From: Antedon mediterranea
Lineage: Eukaryota; Animalia; Echinodermata
Assembly (NCBI RefSeq): GCF_964355755.1
Contig: NC_092672.1
Coordinates: forward strand, 25,922,437-25,986,436
Direction of reading: 5' to 3'
DNA length: 64,000 nt
The translations under genes and the position numbers were made by a program. The notes under the pieces were generated by a model, which did no database searches, was not told the origin of the DNA, and saw only the letters and a program-made list of their open reading frames with translations. Position 1 is the stretch's first letter. Every line of letters starts with the position of its first letter. Positions 14,701 through 27,800 of the stretch are shown piece by piece.

Positions 14701-14963
14701 TATTATAAATAAAAATATAATATTTGATAATTGTTTTTAATTTTCTTGCAGGTCAATTATACTTTTTTAAAGACGGTCAGTACTATATGTACTCCACGCT
14801 TACTTACAGTGTAGATTTGGATGTATATCCACTGCCTTCTGGAGAAGCATGGTTCAGCTGCCGTCCCGGTTCATACCAGTATTATCCCAGTTCAGCACAC
14901 GTTCCGGCACTTAATATAGCTGTTCTGATTGTCGCCGTGCTGTCATGCGTTCTACACTTTTAA
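5768..14963 (+). CDS. MMP-A: matrix metalloproteinase (M10A) with hemopexin domain and GPI-type C-terminus (MMP17/MMP25-like architecture), about 510 aa, 8 exons
   Basis: Exons 5768-5857, 9323-9588, 11471-11748, 12046-12207, 12787-12902, 13507-13657, 13854-14111, 14752-14963; all GT-AG and phase-compatible (1533 nt). Signal peptide [21 protein letters not shown]; cysteine switch QRCGMKD; furin site RAKR; [11 protein letters not shown] zinc motif; Met-turn ALMAP; Pro-rich hinge; hemopexin DAA/FFKG repeats; ends [24 protein letters not shown]. Confidence 0.93.
5977..6145. mobile_element. Palindromic MITE flanked by TTAA (Kolobok/piggyBac-type target)
   Basis: GGTCTTTCACACCTGTTCCAGCACGGATCCGGTCCGGCG / CGCCGGACCGGAACCGTGCCGGAACAGGTGCGAAAGACC inverted repeats, TTAA on both sides. 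Confidence 0.8.
6360..8546. mobile_element. About 2.2-kb TIR-bounded DNA-transposon relic in MMP-A intron 1 (unclassified)
   Basis: Perfect 25-bp inverted repeat TTGAAATAAACAAGAGAAGATTCGA (6360-6384) and TCGAATCTTCTCTTGTTTATTTCAA (8522-8546); no recognisable transposase ORF. Confidence 0.6.
9000..9220. repeat. Short degenerate tandem repeat (TAGCTGCATAACGTGTTT core)
   Basis: Core or close variants at about 9005, 9146, 9160, 9181 and 9207. Confidence 0.6.
9996..10203. mobile_element. MITE (PIF/Harbinger-like GGCC ends) nested in the right TIR of an older element related to 33744-34237
   Basis: AGGCCAAGTCAGACAACGTCGTACGA / TCGTACGACGCTGTCTGAGTTGGCCT TIRs; flanks rejoin to ...TTCGTAA|GGTTGTGAAAC..., matching the 34200-34237 TIR. 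Confidence 0.75.
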
Positions 14964-16311
14964 AACAATGAATAAATATTGTAAATTTGTTTACATCATC
15001 ATTAGTGTGTGTGCTCCAGATCATGGAGGAAATATACTGTATATTTCCTCCATGGTCAGATCCAGATGTTCTTTGATCCAGACGTTATTTGAGCCAGACG
15101 TTGTTTGAGTCAGACGTTTCCGAGTGATATAAAACATTTTTGGCTTCTATCTCTCTCATACGTGATATATTATAATGTTGTGTATTACAGTATTTTGTAG
15201 GCCTATAGACTGTCAATTAAAAGAGACCCAATCAACGTTTGAGTTTGATTCAATGGTTTAATAACATGATAATAATATATTCCCTTTTTTCTATTTATCA
15301 TTTCTTGTTATTTCGCAATACTTTTTTGTTAGATTTTGTAATTTTGTCATAACTCATTTGATTCTACGTAAACTTAGACTAAAAAACATTAGTAATACCG
15401 CACAGTTTGTACTTTATATTTATTTATGTGTTAAAACTGAAAAATAAACACAACAAAATATAAAGAAATAAAAAACAGTACATTCCACTACATCGTTTGT
15501 ACTCAATGTAGTAAACAATGCTTAAGTCTATGTCGAATGTGATGTATATAATATGTTTAAAAAATGTAGTCTCATCCTAATCGCAGTCATGAATGATCGC
15601 AGTGGGCCTATACTTTACACATTATTTACGCTAACATGAATAACAAAATTCAGTTTGTACAATTTAACTAATGTTTTGCATACAATAGAGTAATACCTTT
15701 TATATTTTAAAATATAGTATTTCCGATCCTTTTCATTAAAAAAATGGTTAATGAATGAATGAATATCTGTCGGTATATTAATTATTATATCGTGGTTTAT
15801 ACAGTAGACCTAATTAATTGGTTTTGCTATTCTATATTTCTTTTATTGGTTTACTGTGTGAATTAGAGTTAAACGTATTAAAAGTATGTGTAAATAAACT
15901 TTAAAAAATTAAGAACGTATGTACGTTGTTTTTTGTAGTTTCAATCGCATAATATTAAAAAACGTGAAATGGGATGTGCGCATGCGTGAGTTACAGAAGT
16001 AATGGTAGTAGTTTACTCTGTAATATTATTATTATTTATGTAGAGAGCAACAGAGGGCGTGCTATTTATTATTTTGGCCCATATTGAAGATAGATAACTA
16101 GAGATTATGGAATTTGTGAATATACCTGGTACACCAGCCTGTCCCTGCATTAGACATGCATGCGTCTCCCACAAAAAGGCTGTATACACCAGTCTCGAAA
16201 TATTCATAAAGATTTCATTGCTATCAAACATGTCAGTGGTCTCTTTTACAACAAGGCCATAAACATGCAGTTGCGTGCTCACATTTGAGTTAGTGTTTAC
16301 CGACTCAACGA

Positions 16312-16370
16312 ACATCCGACCAACCGACCGACATAGTGAGATGTAGAGTCGCGTTGCACGCGACTAAAAA
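16312..16370 (+). mobile_element. Helentron/DINE-like terminal fragment ((CCGA)n plus hairpin end)
   Basis: CCGACCAACCGACCGACATAGTGAG..TAGAGTCGCGTTGCACGCGACTAAAAA; same family at 53554-53635 and, inverted, at 63303. Confidence 0.65.
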
Positions 16371-17355
16371 TGTTGTCTACCTAATACTGTATGTGTCACC
16401 TTTACCGAAAACCATATTTTGACAACGCATTAGGGATGTAGGCCTACATATGATTTTAGAATAATTGCGAGATTTACGATATCGCCACGCGCGCTCGCCA
16501 TACAAATGTCGCCGTAAATGTCTGTGACGTCAAGTGTGCTTAACAAAATCTACCTCATTATTTTTCACTGTCGTTAACATACAATTCAATTGTTACTTTG
16601 GATAGCGCGAATTGGATTTACACTCTTTGCAGATCAAGGGCAAGAGCGGCACTTGACTCCCGGTACTGTATCTAAATATCTTCAGTATCCTAGGAATATT
16701 TGGTAATCACACGTGTTTCATATACTTAACCAGGGAAGAGTGAAATTATGTAAATTTAATTTCTTTGACCTAACCTTACATGGTACAGGAACCACATGTA
16801 ATACAAATGACATACTGTATTACCAAATATTTATGATATTGGCCAAACATTGTGTGAGATACAGCACATTAGCTTAGCAGCATAATTATGAAAAAAATAT
16901 ACCTTAAAAATACGGTAACAATTTGGCAGTAGAAACATGAACAGGCCCATATAGTGCATCACCGAGGAAAAGAATTACTTTCCGCACGTGGCAATTAAAT
17001 GGGTAGTAGGTAACTATCTCAAGTGTGGCCAAGGTAAAGTATAGGCTTTATTTTGCTATTATATAAAATTGTGTTTTGTTGGGTATTAAGATTCTTTTAA
17101 TAACGACTGAACCGTAGTGGTCAAAATGATACAGAGACACTATAACCAATATCTATTGTCTAAATGCATACCAAAAGCACTTCAAGTGAATAATACCTTA
17201 ATACACCCGTGTGTGCAATTGTTAATTGTAGCATATTGTTATAGATTTTATCAAATAGAGGGCCATAAAAGGTATACTCCAAGGTCTTTAGCCTATCAGT
17301 TTTTAAGTCTAGGCATAGGCCTACTGTAGTTTCGATTATTACAGGGAGTAGTAAC

Positions 17356-20300
17356 ATGGCAAAGCTAATTGTATACCTGATTCAGGCTTTTATTTGCCTT
17401 ACAGTTATTTCTAGTACAAGCAGATTATTGTCTAAACGTGAAGAGGTAAGTAGCCTTCAGCACCTTATTTTATATAGGCTTAAGAAAACCCTTTTTTTTC
17501 AATCGAATTTTGAACAAAATATGAAAGACTGCAATAGAACAAAAAGTAGAGTAAAGTAGTATACAAATAATGAATGTTTATGAGTGCAATGGTACAAATA
17601 ATGGCACGAGGTGAATGATTAAAGGTTATATCAACGAGGCAAAGCCGAGTTGATATAACCTTTCATCATTCACCAAGTGCCATTATTTGTACCATTACAC
17701 GAATACAAAACATTCATTATTTGTTTTATATAACATCTAGACGTTTTTTTTTCGTACACAAAAATGTTTCAAAAAGTACTATTTAACGATCGTTGAATAG
17801 TGCGTACTATTGCACGCCATGTGACCCACATTCGTCCAATCAAATGACAGGAATTTATATAGGTGTTATATAATATATAATATATATACTATTTCCGAAT
17901 CAATTTCTACTGCCTACTAATTCCTTCATATAACCGCAAATATCCCGTTAGTATCTTTTACTTCTATGTTATTTAAATTGTATCTATTAAAGGATATAGG
18001 CCTGTAACCATGTAATTCTAAACAATTCGAACCTTTAGTCAATAAACTCCTCTCAAAGGAAAAGAAACAATGTTTCTTATTGGAGAATTTAACCTAGATA
18101 TTTAAAAATTTGAATCTGATAATAACATTAGAGATTTTGTCCATTGTCTTTTTAATAATTCTAATTAATGTCTCTTATTCATAGACCCACTAGAATAACA
18201 CCTGATTCTGCTACTCTCTTAGATAATATATTTAATGACATTGAATCATCCTTTAACTGCGGTATACTTTTTAACGATTCAACTGATCATCTCCCAATTT
18301 TTAATATTAGTTCTATAGCCAAATCGTATTGTCAAGAATAATTATAATAAATGCAAATATAGGAAAATTAATGAATTAATATTCATAATTTTTCGAAATG
18401 TTCTATCCAACTGTACATGGAATGATGTCATCATGCCACGGGTCCTAATAGTGCTTACAATACAACAGCTCAAATTAATTATAAACAAAAAAAAAACATG
18501 GATGACTGACTATATAAACATCAATACTTACAAACAAAAACTTTATTCTAAAAGTCTTCGTGTATTTTCGTTTTTGAACATGTCACCAACAAACTTCTTT
18601 CTTATTTTTCTTAACTCAGAAATCCACTCTTACAATACTAGGGCCTCACACGCCCTTCATCTTCTTTTGACTAAACTTACTTTAATTCAACACAATGTCC
18701 GATATAGTTGCAGTAATTATTTAATGCACTTCCTAATGATATTACATCTACCCCGATTTCAAGGCATTGTTTTTCTGTAAATTTAAAAAACTACCTTTTA
18801 TCAAATTATTAGTATATTTTAAATGACTAGATGGTCGTGTCCACAGATGGTTCTCGAATACACAGTAATTTCAGCGTCAAAAAACTGGCGATTTCAAATG
18901 TACGTACCACAGGACTATAAATACATTGTCGTTTTCAGAAACGAATAAATAGACACGATGATTAATGTAGTCAACTAAAATTAGCACACTGGGAATTAGG
19001 CCTACTTCGGAAGGAGAAACATGTCTTAAAATGAGTCCCAAAAACTAAAACTGTCCCTGTTATAGTCGATTGAAATAGTAAAGTACATGTAACGATACAC
19101 CACTACGACGTTTATATTTTTTATAATGACTAATTAATACAATAAACAGTAACCACATTCACAGTAAGAAAGTTTTGATTCAAATGGCGACCATAAATGG
19201 TTATTACGTACAGTATTTACAATATTGTCAAAGTATTGCAATGCTATATCTCAGTTTTAAGTTTATTCTCAAAGGGCCCATAAATTTACCTACTTGTGTT
19301 AAACCATGGAGGGCTCATACATTTACCTACAAACTTGGAGTCTGAGAGATTGGAATGTTCCATTCATTGCAAATCAATACATTTGTATAAACGTATATTA
19401 AATCTATCAAAATAGTATTTTTTAAGAAAACCGGCCTGTCTTCAACATTATGATACTGTACTCGAGCTGTTCAACCGGTTTTCAGCTATTAAAAACAATT
19501 ATCGTAGGAGGAGATAGGAAAATGCGAAGTATCCTCGTATTATTGTGTGCAGGTATTTTTCATGAGGACATCCATTAGACAGTGTATACCACGATCGGAA
19601 AACACCCCTATTTGGGGCAAATCGTTGAACCTAAATTCGTTTTAATTGTCAATAACTAATTATCTAAATAAATTTAATTAGTAAACAGGGTTACATCAGA
19701 TGGTTAAAATCAGAATTTTGCCCTTACGTAAATTTATATATAGATTATTATTGTCAGCCGTTTTTCGTCTCCTCTGTCCCATATGGCTACCAAATTCCAA
19801 TAATTACCATTTGTATCGTTAATTGTCTTTATGCTTCCTGTTTGTTTGTTTTGTGGGTGTGTGTTTGTTCTGGCTTTATGTTGTTTTTTCATTTCTTTAT
19901 TTTTTCTTTTATTGTACATGGCTTGCCCGCCACAAGTGTCCATTGGAGTATTCCAATTGATGTATAACTTCTAGGGCTCTTGCCTCTTCTTTTTTTTGTA
20001 TTAAAAAAAATGTTTATTTTGAAGCAAAAGAATATTAATTATTTAATTTCGATACTGTTTTTGTCAAATTTTTACGTTTTATTTGAAAGAAGAAATGAAT
20101 GTTACTTAAAATGAAATGAAATTTTCAATTTCATTCATTTAAAAAACTAATACAAAAAAATATCTCACATCCATTTAAGCTTCAGTATCAAGAATTCATA
20201 ATCAGAATGTGCTCAATAATTGCTTAAATTGTTCAATTGCAGCCAAATACTTTTGTCAGGTGTGGGTGTACGATCTAATGTCAGTAAACTGTTGTTAATA

Positions 20301-21869
20301 TCTTGTAAACGTACTGTATAGTTCAGTTATAGTTGTATTATATACATATATATGTACATGTGCATATCTAAAATCAATTGAAAAGATGTCAACAAAATGT
20401 CTTATTTTAATAATAATTTTAGGACTTTCTAGAACAATTTGGTTATTTGAGTCCAAAAAAAGATGGAGAAGAACGTTCAAACGAAGAGTTGCGTCAAGGC
20501 CTTCTTTCTTTTCAAAAATACTTTTATTTGGAGGAAACTGGTAATATGACAGACGAAACATCTGCTTTGATGGCGAAACCAAGATGTGGCTCTCCGGATA
20601 AAGAAATTAACAAGCTGTCAAGATATTTATCGACTGGTTATAAATGGACAGGCACCTCTTTGACCTACAAGTATGTTTTAATTATTATAAGTTATGCAGC
20701 CACTACATATCGTATGGCAAACTACAAACGATAGTTACCTTCAACTACATTAATTTCTTTTTCTTCAGATTACAATTAAGTCTTATAAAAAGTACAGTTC
20801 ACTTATGTAGGCCTTCTAAAATATCCCCCTTTCTACGAAAATCTCACTCTTCTATGAACATATTTGTTTTTTCTTGTGACAATCTCTTTCTTTTCGTGAA
20901 AATCTCATTTTTCTTTCATGCAAGTATCTTACTTTTAATTCGAACATACAATTCTTTTCTAAGCCTGTCAGTTAAGTTTTAAACAGTAACATTTGAGAAA
21001 TAAGAACAAAGAAGGTGATCCATCCGGATCGCCAACATTTTCGCTTGTCAAATAATTATGTTACTTATAAACACTTAGTGTATAAAATACTTAGTGGAGT
21101 TATTTTAAATGTTGTTACATTTTTTTCTTCAATGTTTTAAGTTATTTAAACTATTCATCCGACCTGACTGAAAATGAAACGAGACAAACCATTGAAAATG
21201 CTTTAAAAATATGGAGTGACGTCACACCTTTAGAATTCACTGAAGTTTCCGAAGATGGTGATATCAAAATTCTGTTTCAAGGTGGCGATCATGGAGATGA
21301 TTATCCATTTGATGGCCCTTTTGGTGTACTTGCGCATGCATTTTACCCCACAGGAAGTGTTTTAGCTGGAGATGCCCACTTTGATGAAGATGAAGATTTT
21401 ACAATTAATGGAGAAATAGGTAAAGTGGAATGAACTTTTAAACAGTGTTAAACAAACATGTTCTTCCAAAACATTTTTATTCAACACTTGTATGTCGTAC
21501 TGTCTGCATAATAACCAGTTTATCCTATTTTATTATGTGATTGATATTGTTTGTGTTTTTTTTATATTTATACGTGACAAGACACCTTTCGATGTAGAGT
21601 GCTTGACGAAATAAAAAATTGATTGTAAAAATAGAATTTAAAGAATGAACGCAATCTGGCAAGACATTTGGGACACAAAACAACTAACTCAAACACATTT
21701 TTTGTCGTAGGCATTGATTTGTTTCAAGTAGCTGCACATGAATTTGGACACAGTTTAGGTCTTGACCACTCTACAAATGAGACTGCATTAATGTATCCAT
21801 ATTACACTGGGTACATAGCTGACTTCGAACTATCACAAGATGACATTGACGGAATACAATCTATTTACG
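17356..21869 (+). CDS. MMP-B module (exons 1-4): signal peptide, propeptide and intact M10A catalytic domain, no hemopexin
   Basis: [20 protein letters not shown]; cysteine switch PRCGSPD; [20 protein letters not shown]; [11 protein letters not shown]; Met-turn ALMYP; ends GIQSIYG|gtatgt (phase 1). Confidence 0.93.
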
Positions 21870-24800
21870 GTATGTTTAGTTAGTAGGTATTCTATAAAGC
21901 TCTGTCCACATTAAAACTTTAAGGTACAAAAAAATGCAATGTACCCATATACAGTATGGACATGATGACGTCATATAACTACCATTTGGACACATCATAC
22001 TTTTGTTTGTCAAACTAGTTATTACTATTATAGACAGAGCTTTAGTATACAATAAGAATTTTGTTATAAGTGACATGGAAAGAATATTGTTCATGAGTTG
22101 ATATGAACGGTCCTTGGGCAATATTTTAATATTTTAATATGTTAATGCTTAAAAGCATTATATTCGAAAATGTTTACTAAATAGGCTTAATAATAGAATC
22201 TGCTAACCGTATTTGAATTGATGTTATTATTATTACATTTCTTTACACGAGGTAGCTAAAGAGTTATATCTGGTTTTCATTGGGGCACTGTATGTATAAC
22301 GATTGTTACAAACACAGTAGAGACTTAAATACGTCAAACAATTTCGATTTTTAAACGTTATCAGAAGAATCACTTCTCAAATCAACGAGCAATTGTTTCC
22401 ATATTATATTTGTTCCACTAACAAAAAAACTCGAGAGGTAACTCTCCTTTATCGCAAAAGGAACCCTAAGTTTCGAAACAATGGACTGTCTGGTTTTGAA
22501 AGTGGTGCGAAGCGAATAGGTTTATCGTGCTTATGAGTGTTAACTTGTTGATCAATTTGAAGAGAGTGCCATTTTTTTTATCGCCACTCTTTCAGAAAAC
22601 GGAAGACAAGATTACCCTTAGGAATTTATAGCGTATAATTATAACAAATATAGTATTGGCAATAACAACATTAAATTCCACATTGAACATTTTCTTTTTG
22701 GATCAAATGAGCTATAGCTTCCATACAATGAGCATAGATTACGATGTGTATTTTTGGTCGTCGCCTGGATATAGGGACAATCAAATTTGTGTTGTTGAGG
22801 GGAGCGTGAAACACATCCCAACAGTGATTAACATGACGTACTTCGGTCATCGGTCATCACAAATTGAAAGCTATTAATAATTTGTAGCAACCTACCTTAG
22901 AAATTATAAATGAGGAATGTATTAAACTGATTTCTTTTTTAATAATGAAAGTATTAGTGTATAATGAAAAATTGTCAATTTTATGTCATGTATATTTACT
23001 TTTGTAAATGCTAGAGCCCTATATCAAAGGCCTAATAATATTGTCATGTAAAGAAAATAAAAGAATCCATAAAAGCAGGTAAATCTCAAGAGTAAAATCC
23101 TGATTTAAAGAAAACTATTGTGATAAATGTACTATTAATAAAGTTAAGTTCGCATTGTTCACTTTTGGGCGTACCGTGAACAAGATTAAAGAGTGTAAAA
23201 GAAAGCTTCATGCTTTGTATAAGTTAAATAATAGTGCTATTATTTTTCTATCTAATGAGGCATTTATCCGTGCACGTTGTTGAATAGAAAGTGCGGTCAG
23301 CTTAGTTAATACTAATTCTTCCATGGTTTATAAAACTCTCGTTCACTATGCTTAATACGCCGTGCATTTGTATTACTAAATCCTGGATTATGGGTGAGCA
23401 GTTATTATTACGATTACGATTTACAAAACAAACAAGAAGGAATAAATCCTTTCAATAGCAGCCAGAAAATTAAAAGTATTGGACCATATAAGCCACTGTC
23501 ACTAAATATATAAGTAGGTACCTTCAACATTATTTCTACAAACCAGAAAACAAAGGTACTTTTGAGAAAAACCACAATAAATCAAATTATTAAGTTGAGA
23601 TTAATTTTATTGAGCCTAAAAATATAGAATATACAGAGTTCAATGTTTATGATTCACTTATTATTTAACTTGATCCGCCTCGTTTAATAGAACTTTCAAC
23701 ATTCAATTAAATATTCTCACCATTCAGCAACTCTATACATTCATTATTTATTTTATAACACATTTGTCATAATTATGAATTACTAGATGGTACGCGAGCG
23801 AAGCTAGCGTACCATCTAGGGCGTGTCCACATATGGTTCTCGATTAAAATTTCAACGTAAAAAACTGGCGATTTCAAATGTACGTACTGTAGGACTATAA
23901 TACATTGTCGTTTTCAGAAACGAATAAATAGACACGGTGATTTATGTAGTCAACTAAAATTAACACCCTGGAAATTAGGCCTACTTCCGAATAAGAAACT
24001 TGTCATAAAATGAGTTCAAAATTTTGATTTGGACTCATTTAAACAAACCACATTTGTGTTGTGTATGTGAGGGTTGAAGGATGGGGAAGAGGATGGATAC
24101 AAAGAAGCACAATTTTTAAATATTCTTTATCCATTCTTTAACGAAATATTGTTTCATGTTTTATAGGACTATAAATAATAATACCACTAAATACAGTAAA
24201 ACATTTGCGATTTAATACTTTGTTAAAACTGTCCCTGTTATAATCGATTGAAATAGTAAAGTATGTAACGATACACCACTACGACATTTATATTTTTTAT
24301 AATTATTAATTAATACAAACGTTGAGAAGCAACTGTCAGAAATAAAGTTTATTTGTATAATTATTATGTGTTTATATATCTAACAGTAGAGCCTATCCAC
24401 AATCACAGTAATAAATTTTATTTGTATATACGTTGACAATATTATATCTAACAGTACAGTAAGAATCTTTCGATTCAAATAGGTATTTACAGTATTGTCA
24501 AAGTATTGCAAGTTTATTCTCCAAGGGCTTATAAATTTACCTATGTGTTAAACAAAGGGCTCATAAATTTACCTACTTGTGTTAAACCAAACTTAAAGAC
24601 TGAGAGATTGAAATTCATCGCAAATCAATACATTTGTATAAACGTACATTAAATCTATCAAAATAGTACTTTAAAAAAAAATCGGCCTGTCTTCAACATT
24701 GTGATGCTGTACTCGAGCTGTTCAGCCGGTTTTTACCTATTAAAAACAATTATCGTAGGAGGAGATAGGAAAATGCGAAGCATCCTCGTATTATTGTGTG

Positions 24801-27800
24801 CGGGTACAGTATTTTTCAAAATGGACATCCATTAGACAGTGTATACCACGATCGGAAAACACCCATATTTGGGGCAAATCGTTGAACGTGAATTAGGTAT
24901 ATGTATCACTTTTATGTAGAACTAAAATAGAACGGCACGTGATACGTAATTAACCAATTAAATAATTAAAAAAATATACGCATGTGTGTTATAAAAGTGA
25001 ATGTTTTTAAATCTTCTTTCAATAATTGATTGTTTAATTCAAGGCGATTACCAACGAAAACAATTGACTTGACCTAGCTTTTTAAGGCAATGACCAATGA
25101 CAAACAATGACCTAGCTTGTTCCTAGTTTTCTGTCGTCGCAAATCAAAATCTTCCTAATAATAATGTATTGGACAAAATAGAATAAAATGTTACAATTCA
25201 TATTGATACATACATACGGACATTACAATTGATATATGGTGCATTAAAGGCCCAATTTTAAATATCACTTGTTTGGTTAACACTTAATGGAAAAAATACA
25301 AATATGAGTTTAAACGATTAATTTGATAATACCATAGATATTAAATCTAGTAGCTTACATGTTTTTTTTTGGCAGCCTTAAATGTATTTTAGCTAATGTT
25401 ACTATACCGATGATTCGACAGGAGAGAGTTGTTAATCCAATAGTTTACAATTTTTTTTACAGGGGCTGTAACAACAGCAAAGGAAATGACAACACCAAAA
25501 GATGTTACAACCGCAGAAGAAATTACAACAATAGAAACAACACCAGAGGAAGAAGAAATGACAACAACAGAAGATGCAACAACACCAAAGCAAATGACAA
25601 CAGCAGGAGACGTGACAACAGCAGATGATTTGACAACGGACGATACAATCACAACAGTAGAAGATGAAACAACAGAAATTACAACATCTCAAGTATTGAC
25701 AACAGCAATAGAAATAACAATAAATGATGAGTTTACAACCGCTGGAGTAGTGACAACAGCAATAGAAGTAATAACGGAAGAAGACATTAAAACGTCAAGA
25801 GTTGTAACAACAGCAGAAGAAATAACAACAGCAGCAGTAACAACACCTGCAGAATATACAACAAGTGGAGTAGTGACAACACCTGCAGAATTTACAACAG
25901 CAGGAGTAGTAACAACACCTGCAGAATTTACAACAGGTGGAGTAGTGACAACACCTGCAGAATTTACAACAGCTGGAGTAGTTACCACACCTGCAGAATT
26001 TACAACAGCTGGAGTAGTGACAACACCTGAAGAATTTACAACGGGTAGAGTAGTGGTGACAACAGCAATAGAAGTAACAACGGAAAAAGAAATAACAACA
26101 TCACACGTTTTAACAACAGCAGAAGAGATGACAACAGCTGGTTTAACAACACCTGCAGAATTTACTACAGGTGGTGTAGTTACAACATCAATAGAAGTAA
26201 CAACGCCAGAAGAAATTACAACATCACAAGTTTTAACAGCAGAAGAGATAACGACAGCTGTAGTAACAACACCAGCAGCATTTACAACTGCTGGAGTAGT
26301 GACAACACCTGCAGAATTTACAACAGCAGGAGTAGTAACAACACCTGCAGAATTTACAACAGCAGGAGTAGTGACAACATCAATAGAAGTAACAACGCCA
26401 GAAGAAATTACAACATCACAAGTTTTAACAGCAGAAGAGATGACGACAGCTGTAGTAACAACACCAGCAGGATTTACAACAGCTGGAGTAGTGACAACAC
26501 CTGCAGAATTTACAACAGCAGGAGTAGTAACAACACCTGCAGAATTTACAACAGCTGGAGTAGTAACAACATCAATAGAAGTAACAACGGAAGAAGAAAC
26601 TACAACATCACATGTTGTAACCACTGCAGAAGTAGCAACACCAGCAGCATTTACAACAGCTGGAGTAGTAACAACACCTCAAGTATTTACAACAGGTGGA
26701 TTACTTACAACAGCAATAGAAGTAACAACGGAAGAAGAGATAACAACAGCAGGAGTAACAACACCTTCAGAATTTACAACAGCTGGAGTAGGGACAACAT
26801 CAATAGAAGTAACAACGGAAGAAGACATTACAACATCACAGGATGTGACAACAGCAGAAGCGATGACAACATCAGGAGTAACAACGCCAATAGAATTTAC
26901 AACAGCAGGAATAGTGACAACACCTGCACAATTTACAACAGGTGGAGTAGTGACAACATCAATAGAAGTAACAACGGAAGAAGAAATTACAACATCACAG
27001 GTTGTAACAACTGCAGAAGAGATAACAACAGCTGGTTTAACAACACCTGTAGAATTTACAACAGCAGGAGTAGTAGCAACACCTGCAGAATTTACAACAG
27101 CTGGAGTAGTAACAACACCTGAAGAATTTACAACAGGTGGAGTAGTAACAACACCTGAAAAATTTACAACAGGTGGAGTAGTAACAACACCTGAAGAATT
27201 TACAACAGGTGGAGTAGTAACAACACCTCAAAAATTTACAACAGGTGGATTACTTACAACAGCAATAGAAGTAACAACGGAAGAAGAGATAACAACAGCA
27301 GGAGTAGTGACAACACCTGCAGAATTTACAACAGCTGGAGTAGTTACAGCACCTGAAGAATTTACAACAGGTGGAGTAGTAACAACACCTCAAGAATTTA
27401 CAACAGGTGGATTACTTACAACAGCAATAGAAGTAACAACGGAAGAAGAGATAACAACAGCAGGAGCAGTGACAACACCTGCAGAATTGACAACAGCTGG
27501 AGTAGTGACAACATCAATAGAAGTAACAACGGGAGAAGAAATTACAACATCACAGGTTGTAACAACTGCAGAAGAGATAACAGCAGCTGGAGTAACAACA
27601 CCAGTAGCATTTACAACAGCTGGAGTAGCAACACCAGTAGCATTTACAACAGCTGGAGTAGTGACAACAGCAATAGAAGTAACAACGGAAGAAGAAATTA
27701 CAACATCACAGGTGGTAACAACTGCAGATGTAACAACACCTGCAGAATTTACAACAGGTGGAGTACTTACAACATCAATAGAAGTAACAACGGAAAAAGA

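Noticed and set aside
18433-18780. 115-aa ORF as a host gene
   Set aside because: Part of a frameshifted CR1/L2 LINE remnant.
22656-22877. 73-aa ORF in the MMP-B/mucin intron as a hinge, hemopexin or signal exon
   Set aside because: No hydrophobic core, no hemopexin DAA/FFKG motif and no compatible splice sites seen.
23390-23399. ATG G|gtgagc as an independent first exon of the mucin
   Set aside because: Phase fits, but it would supply no signal peptide for a type I membrane protein, and I see no supporting promoter; cannot be fully excluded without 5'RACE.
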